A DNA stretch of 58,459 nt, taken from assembly GCA_016748015.1 (NCBI GenBank), contig JAAOMT010000239.1:30359-88817 (forward strand). The letters are read 5' to 3'. The DNA comes from Geosiphon pyriformis uo1 (taxonomy: Eukaryota > Fungi > Glomeromycota). Made by a program: the position numbers and the translations under genes. Positions 14,329 to 27,665 of the stretch are shown one piece after another. Positions within the stretch are counted from its first letter, which is position 1, and each line of letters opens with the position of its first letter. Under the pieces are notes generated by a model. That model was not told where the DNA came from, did no database searches, and saw only the letters and a program-made list of their open reading frames with translations.

Positions 14329-16475
14329 TAGAATTCTGATTGAATCATATCAAATCAAACTTTAAGTGTTGTTCAAGTTTGATTCGAATTATAAACCGAA
14401 CTTGAATTGAACCAATTTTTCAAAGTAAGTTCAGTTTGAGTTTAACATTGAATCTTTTAACAAGTCTAAGTTCAGTTCAAGTCTGATTTAAAGTTCACAA
14501 ACTTGTGGCTTAAGTTGGTTTTCATCATTGCTTTAGAGCTAAATTTTTGGCATTAGCATTATCTGAGGCTTAGAGTTATCACAGTGCCCATATCATTGAA
14601 AACCACATTTTCTTAATATTAGCTTAAGTGGTTTTCATCATTGTCTTAAGCAAAATTTTCAGCCAAAAAGGTTAAGAAAAAAGATTAAAAAAGAGTTATA
14701 CTCACCCTCTTTTTATACGAGTTTACCATTAATTTTATTAGTTATAACCTAATTTTTTTTTAACAGCTTCTTGTTATTACCCTCAATAATACTATAGTTA
14801 ATAGTACTTTCATAAGAGAATTAACAGAAAAATTAGAAAAAAAAAACATTTAATGGAGCTCAGAGAACCTTTAATTTTAATGCTTTGATCATATTCTAAA
14901 CTTGGCAGTACAGATGGCTCTAGATGAAATAAAGAATGATGCTCCAAAGTATTTGTTAAAAACCCAAACTGAATATATTTACCTGAAATTTTCCCAATGT
15001 AAACTTTGTATAAATTAAAAATTAGGAAACTTAACTCTGTAATCTATATTTCGCTCCAATGTTTTGAGCTTCTTGAATGTGCCTATAATACATATCAAAT
15101 TAAATACCATAAATATATTCTGAATTGTTCTATCTGATAGAATTTTACTTATGACATGGTTAGGAATGAGTTATTTCTTAAATTAGCAAGTCATTTTTTT
15201 CTGATTCTATATATTTTGAATACAAAAATTCTAACTGTAAATTTATAAGCATTAAACACTCTTACTAGCACTCAAATTAACTTTTATTAATATGCTATTT
15301 CACACAATCAGTGGGCTGTCTTTGATAAAATTGCTAAATTCTTTAAACTATTTAAGAATATTATGGTCAAAATGTTAGCCAGTTCAAATAATACTGCTTT
15401 CTTAATTATTTCTTTCTTTAATATCATTTTTAATCACATTGAAAACACAGTTAATAATAATAAATTTGGTAAAGCATTATAATCTTGATTGTATTTATTT
15501 AGTTATTTATTTAATATATTTAATATTAGATCTATTACTTGTTATAGTGACTAGGGCAGCAAAAAGAAAGTTGGTTAAATATTACTCTAAAACAAATACA
15601 ACTATAATACTTTGTACTGTATTGGATCCAAGAAAAAAATTCTATTATTTCACAAAGAGAGAATTTTTGGATGACAATATTAATAAAATAAAAGAATTAT
15701 AAATTATTAATTTATTCAAACAGTTTTATTTTTCAACTTTCACACAATAAATAAACCTTTAGAATGCATACTTTCTTTGAAACAAAGTACACACTGGACA
15801 TTATACCAATATTAAATGACAGTTTTTTGTTAAATGGCAATTTAATGATATTATAGCATTAGTTACACGATTCATATTAGAGACAGACTTTGATGATAAT
15901 AAAAAAAAAAACTTGATAAAATTGATCATTATATTTCTAAAAAGATAGCCAATAAGAAAATGGATGTAATAGTATGGTAGAAGATTTATTACAAAAAATA
16001 TTTATTTAAATTAACATTTTATTAATAATTCAATATTTAGGCACATCAAACACAATTCCCTTGTCTTACATATATAGCTTATAATTATTTGGCAATTCAA
16101 GAATCATCTGTTGCTTTTAAACACATTTTTTCTGCAGGTGAGAATATGATTACAGATATAAAGTCTCACTTAGTGCCTAAAACTATAAGAGCAGCATAGT
16201 GTCTTCAATTATGGATGCAGAAATTATTACAAGAAAAATTAAATAATAATATAATATAATATAATGTTTTTAATAGTTAAAACTGAACATGTTCATGAAC
16301 TTCGAACTAAACTTAAACCAGACTTGTTGCATGTGTTCAAGTTTGGTTAAGTTCAGTAATTTTAAGTCTGGTTCAAGTTCGAATTTGAAATTTTGCCAAA
16401 TCTTCTGTTCAATTTCAATTCAGTTCGGCAGTTTAATTGAACTTGAACTGAACTAGACTGAACATCAGAACTCTA
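14329..16475 (+). mobile_element. hAT-superfamily DNA transposon, internally deleted and decayed, both ends present
   Basis: TIRs TAGAATTCTGAT (14329) and ATCAGAACTCTA (ending 16475) differ by 1 mismatch. A perfect 8-bp TSD CTTTAAGA sits at 14321-14328 and 16476-16483. Subterminal gttcaa/ttgaac repeats are present. Transposase remnants include LCTVLDPRKK and a C-terminal dimerisation motif YLAIQESSVAFKHIFSAGENMITD..SHL.PKTIRA. Confidence 0.93.
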
Positions 16476-18468
16476 CTTTAAGATATATTTTTTAATCTTA
16501 TACAATATTTAAATAAAGTATATCAAATATATTTAAAGCAATTAATAGATACAGTTATCTTAATAGTTTTTTAATTAAGAAAAAAGATGAATTTTATTAT
16601 TTTTTTGCTAAAAAAGTTTTTTTTGTAAAATACTAATATGATAAGAAACCTAAATTAAAAGTATCTTTTCATTTTTTAAATTTTAAATTAACAGTATTCA
16701 AAATTTACATCAAATAAAAACTTTTTTCAGAATTATATAAAAAAAATTATAAATTTAAATTGCAAAAAAATAATTTTTTTGAGTTTTTTTTTGTTTATTT
16801 TTATAAAATAATGCTAACAAATATAATTTTATATTAAAAAATAACATAAAATAAAAACAGCTTATGTATTTATTATATGTAATTACCTATATAAATTAGT
16901 TAACCAGCTAAACCAAAATTGTATTCAAAGCAAACTTATGTAAAGTCTGCAAAATGGAAATTAAAATATTAAAAATTATGTGTATTATTATTTTTAAACC
17001 ACTAAAATCCAAATAAGTTAGTTTAATACAATTTGTGACTTTGCTATCAAAAAAAAATATTTATAACATAATAATATTGTTATTTATTGGTAATAGTTAT
17101 ATTTGTTGTAAAAATTTCAAAACCAAAAACTTAAATACAACTCTATTGTTAAAAATTTTCAAGATTTTGTTAACAGTAGAAAGAAATCCAAACAAGTCTT
17201 TTTCTTCTTTACTGCAATTTAATTTTTATATTTAATCAAACATTAAATATAAACTTTTGTAATATTATTTTTAAAACTAATTTTCAATAAAAATTTAATA
17301 AATACACAAGCCAACTCCAAATGGTAACTAATATTAATAATTTTTTTGGTAAGGAATTTCTAAGTTTAGTGTCCAATAGAAAATTTGCTGAGTATTGTAA
17401 AGTAGTCTTGATTTAATGTGAGGTAATTCATAATAGTCAGTAGTTGGGCTACACTTCTGTAGAACAAAAATTTTTATATAATAATATTAGATAATAAATG
17501 ACTCATTTCAAGTATATTTGATTCTTTTGATTCATTTTGCAATATAATAATTTTCTATAGATAGTCTTTATTTGGAGTCAATAATATTGAAACAAAAAAA
17601 TGGTTTAGATTTTTGAATTATTGAAAGTTAGTAAATAAATTTTGAATTAATTGATTGTTTTTTAATTTAAAATATAATAATTTATCTATTTAAATTAAAG
17701 AAATCATTTGTTTTTTTTGAAAAAATATAGTTTTTTTGCTTTGTTGATTAGTTAAATCTTTGTATAATTAAAATTAAGACTGTCATTTATTTCGAAATAC
17801 CAACAATTAAGATTTTTTATTAGTTAATTATACAATCAAAAATTTAAAGTAAACAGCAAAATTTAGGCAATTTTTGGCACTTAGTGAAATCAGATAAAAT
17901 AATTTAATATGTATTCATATAATAATTATGTATTTTCATAATCTTAATAAAGATTTAATACATATTTTACATATAAATTAGATTTTAATTACATTATAGC
18001 AATTAAATATTTATAGATATATTTTGTTTCTTAATATTAAAAATCAATTTTAATTATCTTTGAAAATACTAAACATAATATTTTTAAATATTAGACTACA
18101 TGACATAAAAAATAAAGGCATTATAAAAGATTTTTATAAGGTTGATCTATTACACTATTATGGTTAACATACTATTTTATATTTTCCTGTTTGTAACTTC
18201 AATATACAATTTGTTTACTTATAAAAATAATATTAAAATAATGAAAAATAATGAAAAATAATGATAACCAATCACGAATTGATCTATCAAGAGTTATCTA
18301 AATATAATAGATAGTAAAATAAATCAGTATTAAAAAAGTTTGATAAAATTATGTTCATAAATTCTCACCTTCAGGCAAATAGACTAATCCTTTCAAATAG
18401 AAATTTATAGAGTAAATTAAACATTTAATGTATATGATCCAATAATTAATCAATTAATTACTTCTAAA

Positions 18469-19901
18469 TTAAACAAACAAACCTGTTGAAAAATCAACCA
18501 TTTGAGCAGTTAAAAGACGACTTGTATAAATTGCTCCTGGATGGATTATTACTCTGGCTTTTTCTATCTTATCGCGTTTCATAATTTTTTTAGGAAATTT
18601 TATATATTTCGAAAATTTTTTTGAAGTTTTTGTTAGCGAGTTGTCGTCTTCCACATGTTCTTTTATGTACTTTTCTGATTTCTGAAACTCTAAACTATAT
18701 TTATTAAGTCTTTCCAAATTTTCGTAAACTTCTCTGGCAGTAGGACGATTCTCAAGATTAGCTTCCCAACACTTTTCAATTATTTCGGCGATACAAGATG
18801 GAATAAGAGGGGAGATAATTTCAGGTCTTTGACCATTTAAAATACCCATTACAAGAATTTTATCGTGAGAACAATCATGAAAGGGAAGCTTTCCTGTTGC
18901 CAATTCCCATAATACCATTCCTAGACTATAAATATCACCAGCCGTCGTAAACGTTTCTCCTCTTAAAACTTCTGGTGGAATATAGGGAATTACTCCATAT
19001 ATTCCTTTTTTCTCTCCTGTTGTTGTAGTTGCAGCTTTTATTTCAGAGTTTATAGGTCGACATAATCCAAGGTCTCCAATTGATACATCATCATAAGCAT
19101 ATTGTAGAATGTTGCCCGAGTGTAGGTCACGATGAATCATACCAGTATAATGAATAGTCTCAAGTCCTTCAGCTATATATCGCGCGATCGATAATTTATC
19201 AGACCAACTCGCAGAATGAAAATTCGTTGATAAATACTTCCGGATGTCTCCATACTGGGCAAACTCCATCACAACCCCATACTCGAGTGTTTCAGCGTTT
19301 CGTGTAATGCCGTATATTGAAGTGATATTTTGAATATATCCATTATTAATTAACTTTGTTCTTTGAATATTTAACTATCAAAAGAGAAATAAATAAATAA
19401 ATAAAAAATCTTCCAATGATTTCATAATAATAATAATAATAATTAAAACAATAATTTGATTACCTCTTTAAAGACTTCTTCACTATTCTGCAAAGATGCC
19501 TTTATGAATTTTATTGCTACTTCCATTCCTTCTCCCCACCTTTTATATTCCATTGAACTATGATGTTTTATACTAGTTGAATCAATAAATCCATCAATAT
19601 AGGTTGCTTTATAAATTGTACTGAATCCTCCCTCTCCAATTTTCTTGATATCCCATAAACGTATCCATGGTATCCATTCATAGTGATTTAATTCATATTT
19701 ATTATAAACTGGATTCTTAATTATTTCATCAACCACTTTATTGCCACTTGAAAAGTCTTGGTAGATTTTCTCAAAAAATAGGAATCGGCATGCTCCACAC
19801 TTATTCACTTTATTGCTTATAATACTCTTTTGACATCTATTGCATTTATTGCAATCATGAGTAGCTTCTGGGCAAGTTATTTTAATTTCAAGGTTTTCCA
19901 T
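18469..19901 (-). CDS. Tyrosine-kinase-like (TKL) protein kinase with Cys-containing N-terminus
   Basis: Exon 19901-19464, intron 19463-19375, then exon from 19374 in frame. Motifs GEGGFS, VAIK, HRDLHSGN, DLG, PPE, DIYSLG and RPTA are present. A short extra 3' exon near 18370-18400 is possible. Confidence 0.9.
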
Positions 19902-22510
19902 AGTCTAACTAGATAAAATTGAATAATATGTTATGAGAAGAGGCTTTTATTAAAATTATTTTTAGAAATTAATATTTTAAAAGGTTTAAGTTCGCATTTA
20001 CGAGTTTTTCTATGTTTAACAAATAAATTCATTGAATCATTTGCTTCTTAACCTTATTTATCATCTAATAGTCTTACTAAATTAATTAGATGCAGGAATA
20101 AACTTGATGTAGTAACATACAAAATGCTTCATTATCTTCAATATAAATAGGAATATGTTAAATGATGTCCCCCTAAAAATGTAACCTCTTCCATAACCAA
20201 CCAATTAAAATTTAGTATTCTTCAATATAATATTTGCTACTAAAAATATTAGTCAGTCTTTCTTTACAGAACTAAAATGTGATTTAATTAATCTTACTAT
20301 TGGGTAATAATACTCAAATATGTGACTGCGACATTAAAACACAAAATATTCTTTTTACTCATTCAGTTATTTTATCTATGTAAATAGTTTTTTGTTGAAA
20401 ATTTTTTCTGATATTAAAATATCTCACTTCTTAGATAAAAGCAAATGGAAAATAAAAATTTTCAGATATTAAAATTTATACTTGATTAAATAATTGAAAA
20501 CAGACTTTTTTAAAAATTTGAGTCTGGTTTTAATTATATAATATGATTTTTATTATTATAATATTTTATACAGAAATAAGATATTGAATTTAAATAATAA
20601 AAAATGATTTATTTCAGTATTCTTTTTTGAAAATTTGGATCATTATCCATTTTTAATGATTTCATCATTTTTACGTACATTGATTGATTTGCTTTGATTT
20701 TTGATTTAAGTTAAATTAAATTTTATGGATGATATAATCATGAAAAAATATAATGTATTTGAAATAATTATTAATTAAAATGATAGCTAACCCAAGGGAT
20801 AGATATCCCCTAATAAAATTGATAAAATGCAATAATTAAGTGTTCGAAATATTCTATTAGTTTTTTACAAATTACTTTGAGCCGAAAACAAATTTCTTCT
20901 TTTTAGCACTAAATAATATTTACACATTTGTACTTTGATTAATCTTTTGATTTTTGTTTCTTTTTCTAAATATCTAATTTTTTGGGTTTTAAATTATATT
21001 TTTTTAATTTCCTTTTAATTAACAAAGATTTTAGGGAAACAAAGGCTAGCTTTTATTTCGTGGGTTTACTATCATCCTATTTTTTTCCTTTCCATTGTCC
21101 CCCTAATTTTTATAATCAGTTCTCCATCTTTCTTTTCCTATTAAAAAATTGTTCTTGTTCGTTTTCTGCAAGTGGTTGTTTGCTCACTTTTTCTTATACT
21201 CGGCCAAACCTTTTTCTAAAATATCTACCAAAAAATACTCCTACAAGACTAATTTTTGGTAAAAACCGAAGACCCAACCGTTTGGTTCGAGCCATTGCTG
21301 GTGCTGGCTTCTTCATAAGTTATATATCTTGATTTATAATATTCTAGTTAATAATTTAATCATGAAATAATTATAAAAAATGGCTTTTCTGTTGCCAATT
21401 CTCATAATATTATCCTTGAACTATAAATATTACTAGCTGTTATAAACTTTACTCTTCTTAAAACCTTTGGTAAAATATGTGTTGTTTTTTTGTTGTTACT
21501 ATTGTTTTATTTTTTAATTGATATTTTCAAATATCTGCAATTTTTTTAATTTATTGTAAAAATATTTTTTGAACGCAAATTAAAATAAATTATTAAAAAA
21601 TTTTAAACTATGTTTATTTAATTAATAATTTATTTTTTTAATTAATAAAATGAAAATTTGGAAAAAAATTATTTTCAAATTTCTTTATATTTGGCAAATT
21701 TTATATATAAGTTCTAATAATTTAATTTTAGTTTTTTTAATTAATTAATTATTTAGTTATATGTAGAGTAATTAACATTATACATATTAACCACCTTAAT
21801 TAATTATTAATATAGTTTTTAACTTGAGTATTAATATAGTTATGATTTATGTAAACACAATTTTACATAGCTATAAAATTATTAATCAATTTTAATAACA
21901 GTTATTTAAAAAAAATGAATTTTTCTTATAATGATTTTTTATATGTAATTTTTTTAATATTTACATTTATATTGGCTTTTAAAAATATATCTTGAAATAA
22001 AAACAATTATGTTATTTTTTGTTAACAGCAAAAATTATTTTTTTATTTTTGAAAATAATATTAATTAAAATATTTATAAAATTACTTTTGTATATTGAAT
22101 GTATAAAAATATAATGTACTTTTAATTATAATTGTTTTTTAATATATAATATCTGTTTTTTTTTGCTTTTTATTTTAATTTGTAACACTAAAATTTATTT
22201 TAAAAATATACAGATTTTTGTATATTAAATATTAAAAATAGAAAAAAAATATTAATCAATTAATTAAATTAATTGAAATAATATAAATTATTATTATTTA
22301 AATATTTAAAATGAATATAAAAAATAATAGTAATTAATTATTTTTTTAAAAAGTTTTTATTGATTTTTATATTTATTATTATATTTAAAATTATTATTAA
22401 AATTAATTAATGAATATAATATTTTTTATTGTTATTAAATTTTTTATTTTATAGTATTTATAAGTATAATCCAATTAAGATCTAAAATTATACAATTTAA
22501 ACATAAAAAA

Positions 22511-23329
22511 TTCAAACCCGTTAATAAACATAGCTCTTTGAATATTTAACTATCAAAAGTTCAAAATAAAAAATAGTTAAGTATTAAACTTTGTGATTTA
22601 GAAAAAATTGAATACGATAATACAAAAAAGAGGCTTTTACAAAGATTTTATTGATATTATGTTTAGAAAGTAACAAATTAAAATGACCAAGTTAATATTT
22701 ATGAAAGAACAAATCGATCGAGGTTTCGTATAAAACATGAAATATAATAATTATACACAAATTTTTATATATAGTAAATTTAAAGGTTATTATTTAGTTT
22801 ATAAAAGATCTCTACTGCTTATAATCTTTATTAATCAATTGTATTTTGTTTTTTTAGCATTTTTACTGATCTGTGAACAAAAGCTTTTTAAATGTGTGTA
22901 GCCAATTATTTATTTAAGTAAAGAATTTTTCCTATTTGATTAAAGTTAAAACATTGAATATGTATCATCGGATTGAGAAAATAATAAAATCACCTGTAAT
23001 TAAGTCATCTTTATTGATCTATCAATCTTGCTGAATATTAGCTTTAAAGAATAAGATTTAATACAAAGTATGATTTATTATTTTCATACATTCCAGTTTG
23101 GTCATTTAAAGATTATACATAAAACCTTTATGAAATTAAGGATTTGATAAAAACTCTAAAATTCCATTGAATAATTTGTTCAACTTATCATAAAATATTA
23201 AATCAAATTAAGGAAAGTTATTCATAACTTAATTAGTTTACCTAATGATCTCGTCCATACTATAAAAAATCAGGTTGAGAAATTAATTAAATTAAAATTC
23301 AAACATTAAAATAAAAAATTTTTTTTTTT
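22511..23329 (-). repeat. Right arm of inverted duplication (partner 1-810)
   Basis: Reverse complement of 1-810. It runs into the N gap at the same A/T tract where the window starts. Confidence 0.95.
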
Positions 23330-23952
23330 NNNNNNNNNNNNNNNNNNNNNNNNNNNNNNNNNNNNNNNNNNNNNNNNNNNNNNNNNNNNNNNNNNNNNNN
23401 NNNNNNNNNNNNNNNNNNNNNNNNNNNNNNNNNNNNNNNNNNNNNNNNNNNNNNNNNNNNNNNNNNNNNNNNNNNNNNNNNNNNNNNNNNNNNNNNNNNN
23501 NNNNNNNNNNNNNNNNNNNNNNNNNNNNNNNNNNNNNNNNNNNNNNNNNNNNNNNNNNNNNNNNNNNNNNNNNNNNNNNNNNNNNNNNNNNNNNNNNNNN
23601 NNNNNNNNNNNNNNNNNNNNNNNNNNNNNNNNNNNNNNNNNNNNNNNNNNNNNNNNNNNNNNNNNNNNNNNNNNNNNNNNNNNNNNNNNNNNNNNNNNNN
23701 NNNNNNNNNNNNNNNNNNNNNNNNNNNNNNNNNNNNNNNNNNNNNNNNNNNNNNNNNNNNNNNNNNNNNNNNNNNNNNNNNNNNNNNNNNNNNNNNNNNN
23801 NNNNNNNNNNNNNNNNNNNNNNNNNNNNNNNNNNNNNNNNNNNNNNNNNNNNNNNNNNNNNNNNNNNNNNNNNNNNNNNNNNNNNNNNNNNNNNNNNNNN
23901 NNNNNNNNNNNNNNNNNNNNNNNNNNNNNNNNNNNNNNNNNNNNNNNNNNNN
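23330..23952. other. Scaffold gap (N)
   Basis: Run of N. Further gaps occur at ~26832, 44456, 48264, 53284 and 56058. Confidence 0.99.
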
Positions 23953-24163
23953 CTCATCCAAAGGTATTATTTTTGTGTTGTTGCATTTCACACAAGTATC
24001 TATTTCACCACATTTATAATAATCGAAATATCAGCTTCTAATACCAACGAAATGGCTCAATCAGATGATCAATAAATTAGCAACGCGATTGAAATTCGTA
24101 ATAGATATATGCACACTGAATAATTTAACCATTGGACCAATAGGCATTAAGTATTCAAAAAGT

Positions 24164-24239
24164 CTCGTGAATAAGCAACCCCCCTAAAAAATCGATCCAA
24201 AATTGATGACGTAGGGGGTTGCTTCACGGGAGTTTACGG
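24164..24239. mobile_element. Solitary end of a probable Tc1/mariner-superfamily element with subterminal palindrome
   Basis: Ends ...GGGAGTTTACGG|TA (a CCGTA-type terminus followed by TA). Internal stem aagcaacccccta / tagggggttgctt. No partner end is visible; it may lie in the adjacent gap. Confidence 0.5.
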
Positions 24240-25699
24240 TATATAAAATGGTTCTGAATGAATACTTTTTATTGGAAATTTATTTAAAGATTTTATTGCT
24301 CCATCACTTTTTAACATTTCTTTAATGTGTTTAGTTAAATTCTAAATCCTCTGCTGTAGACTTAATTGCTATATGAATAATATTGAATCTTTTTGATAAT
24401 TAAAGAAAATATTTATTTCAAGGCAAGTAATTCAAATATTCTAGTTTTAGTAAAAATTACATTTTAAAAAAACTTTTTACACATAACACAACCGTTTTTG
24501 AATTCCTCTGGTTACATACAATTTCCAATGCACAAAATAGAAAAGAAAAGAAAACTGGTGATTAAGCCTAAAGTCTGGTACCTTTACCAACACATTTATT
24601 TTTTGCATTTTCCTGCTGCATAAAAAAATATAAATTTCGATTAAATCAAGATGTGCATAATGCCAGAATTCTATACATAAACAAAAATCTCTTTTACTAA
24701 TATTCATAATAATATTAAAAAAAATTTAAAAAACTGAAACAATGAATCATGTAAAGAATAATGATTAATATTAACAAGCCTTTCAAGAATTACATTCAAA
24801 AACTCATTAAAAAGGCTCAATAATAACTGAAAAATAAATATTGTTTGTTTAATAAAATGACCTTCTCGCTGTTTTAAAACATAATGAACAATAATCTAAA
24901 AATGCATAGCAAGTTTTTCTATGTTAAAAACAAAAGATTTTCCATAGATTAACATTGTAGTAAGAAAATAAGTTTGGTTGCTTTCGACAAATTATAAACA
25001 TTAAATCTTACATGAAAAGTCTTTAAAACACATTCCAGAAATCAGCTAAATGCTTGAAGCAAATTGATAATTTTAGCAGCACAGCAATTCAAAGTATAAC
25101 AGCTATTTTTTCAAGACTTATTTACAAAAAACTTTTCAATTGACTATTCAACAGTCCAAATTTGAATTCAAACAAAAATTCTTAGACAAATGTTAAAAAA
25201 GGGATGCAAAAATTCGAACAATTTATGAATAAGTAAAAAAATCTTACAAGACATTTTTTAAAAGATTGATCAAGGTACAATATTCTTTCATTTTGGGTTT
25301 TTAAATATACACTACATGTGCATATTTTAGTTAATTCACTTAATTCATAGATTATTAAGCTATCCAAATATTGACTAGTTATTAAAAATAAATTAAATAA
25401 ATAGCTATCAAATTGCAGTTTCAATAACTTTTAACAAAAAATAATTAAATGTAGTTTAATATTTTAAAAAATCACAATTTTAAATATTTTAGTGATAATT
25501 TTATTTCTTGTAATGTAATTTTTGTGTTTTAACCATTTTTTATTTCAAAAATAAATTATTATTTCATTGTCTAATAATAGCAAATAAATTTCACATTATT
25601 AAAAATTTAGGCTCAAAAAGGTCATTTTTTAATAAAAATTATTGGGAATTTCTTTCATATAATGAAATCAGTTATAAGAAACTTGAAATATTATTTTAA

Positions 25700-26937
25700 T
25701 TATAGGTTTAAAGATTTGTTTTCTTGATGCCTCGGAATGAATCGGACATTGTATGGATTAGGAGTCTGAAGAGCACTTTTAAAAGAATTGTTCAGATCAA
25801 TTGGAAGAACCCTTCCGGTTGCATCCCGTTTCACGTTTTCGATTTTAAAGGTCCAAAGTAGGCCACTTAAGATAGAGAGTAATTCTGCTTCAGCCTATTA
25901 AATATAAATTTTATTTTCAGAATCTAGGGGAGAATAAAATGAATTTAAAAAAGAATTGTTAAAAACTTACTAAGTGAATTCCAGTACAAATTCGTCTCCC
26001 AATCGAAAAAGAATAATGATCTCGATTTTGGTAGGGACCTTTTGCCGAAGCGGCAATGCTTTCTTTTGAATCAAGAAACCGATCCGGATTGAAAACGTCG
26101 GGATTTTGATACCGATTTTCGTCAAAATTCAACGCATAAATATTTAAATAGATGAATGAATTTTTTGGGATATGATATCCTAAATATTCATCATCTTTTT
26201 CAAGAAACCTTAACGGTGCTGGATTCTAATAATAATAATAATAATAGAAAAACTATGAATATATGAGTGATATAATTTGGAAAAAAAACGTCGCAGAATA
26301 TAAAAAAGATTCGGAACTGTAGGTCTCCAACGAAGAGTTTCTTTAATCAGCGATTGGATATATGGAAGCGAGTTAAAATCAGATACGTTTGGTAAGCGTT
26401 CACGTCCAACTACTTTGTCTAATTCTTCGTGCGCTTTCTGTTGAAACTCAGGATGATTGGCTAAAATTGCAATAAGCCAACATATAGTAAGTGCCACGCC
26501 TTCCTAGAATTGATAAAAAGATTTTTAAAATTTATCTGACTTATTATAACGATATTCACTTATTAAAATAGGATTTATGGACTCACTGTTCCTGCTAGCA
26601 TAAACTCATTGCATAATGTAATAACGCCTGACTCGTCAATAGAGCCTTCATTCAATTTCTGCAAAAAATCTTGGGAAACACATGGTTTCTTTTCCAAATC
26701 ATCCTCTACTCTTTTCAATAAGCCTCGCATTAGTGTTTCCAATTCGTCACGTAATTGTATAATGTTGGAAAGCTCCTTTCGATATGGAGGAAAGGACAAG
26801 AATATTGGAAATAGATTTGGTAGAAGATTTTNNNNNNNNNNNNNNNNNNNNTTCAAGCCATTACTTTTCGCATTTAAGAATTTGGTTTTGTAAAGGTAGA
26901 GGGAGACAAGAATGACAATAATATATAAGAGAGCCAT
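25700..26937 (-). CDS. Cytochrome P450 (copy A); middle exons missing in N gap
   Basis: N-terminal anchor MALLYIIVILVSLYLY, I-helix FMLAGT, ExxR (KETLRWRP), PDRF, and heme motif FSIGRRICTG. The last exon ends RHQENKSLNL* at 25700. Confidence 0.92.
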
Positions 26938-27360
26938 TTACTTAAAAATATTACAAATTTTGTAAAATTCCTTCTAAAGTATTACCGTATATATAAAGTA
27001 CCGGAAGGAAAATCTTGCCCTTTAATATTTGATACAAATAATTCCTAGGATAGCTAATTAATAAGCAACTTATTCACTACTTCTTTCAATAATCATTTTA
27101 CATCATCTCTAGACTTTATTAGGAGAATCTACACATAAAACACTCTATGTTCTTTTTTAATTATATTCTAATGATCTTCTAAAGGGGGTTAAAATCGGGA
27201 TTTCACGCACATCGGCCTAACTTGGAAAATTTAAAGATGGAAAGATATTAAACAAACCTAATCAGTTTTTCATTCACTTAAATATTTATAAACTTTATTA
27301 GCTTGTCAAATAATTGCTTAGACTATATTTCATTTATCTGGGGGACATTTTTAAGCCATG

Positions 27361-27665
27361 AAGGGAGACAAGAATGACAATAATATATAAGAGAGCCATT
27401 TGCTTAAAATATTACAAATTTCGTAAAATTCCTTGACAACCATTACAATATGGGGAGAAAAATAGCTGATAATCGTTTTGCATTATATCTATAGACTTTA
27501 TCAATGTAATCTACCATAAAATGCTTTATGTTCCTCTTATTTATATTCAATAAGGGTTTAAATCGGGATTATTAGATGTCCAGTTAGAAACTTCATTAGC
27601 TTGCTCAAACAATTGCTTAGACTATATTTCATTTCTCGTGAGAAATTTTTTAAAGCAATGAAGCT
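27361..27665 (-). pseudogene. Truncated duplicate of the P450 upstream region and first codons
   Basis: agggagacaagaatgacaataatatataagagagccattt repeats 26900-26939, followed by a diverged copy of the upstream sequence. Confidence 0.75.

Noticed and set aside
20982-21332. 116-aa ORF
   Set aside because: It has a non-ATG start, Phe/Leu-rich composition typical of AT-rich noise, and no splice or motif support.
1-23329. Maverick/Polinton or Starship element
   Set aside because: No DNA polymerase B, integrase, capsid or tyrosine recombinase is seen, and the true termini and TSD are not visible.
23292-23991. Two long ORFs in the track
   Set aside because: They are composed of N gap characters.
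24300-25450. Possible decayed transposase on the minus strand
   Set aside because: Coding-like traces are present but no motif could be identified.
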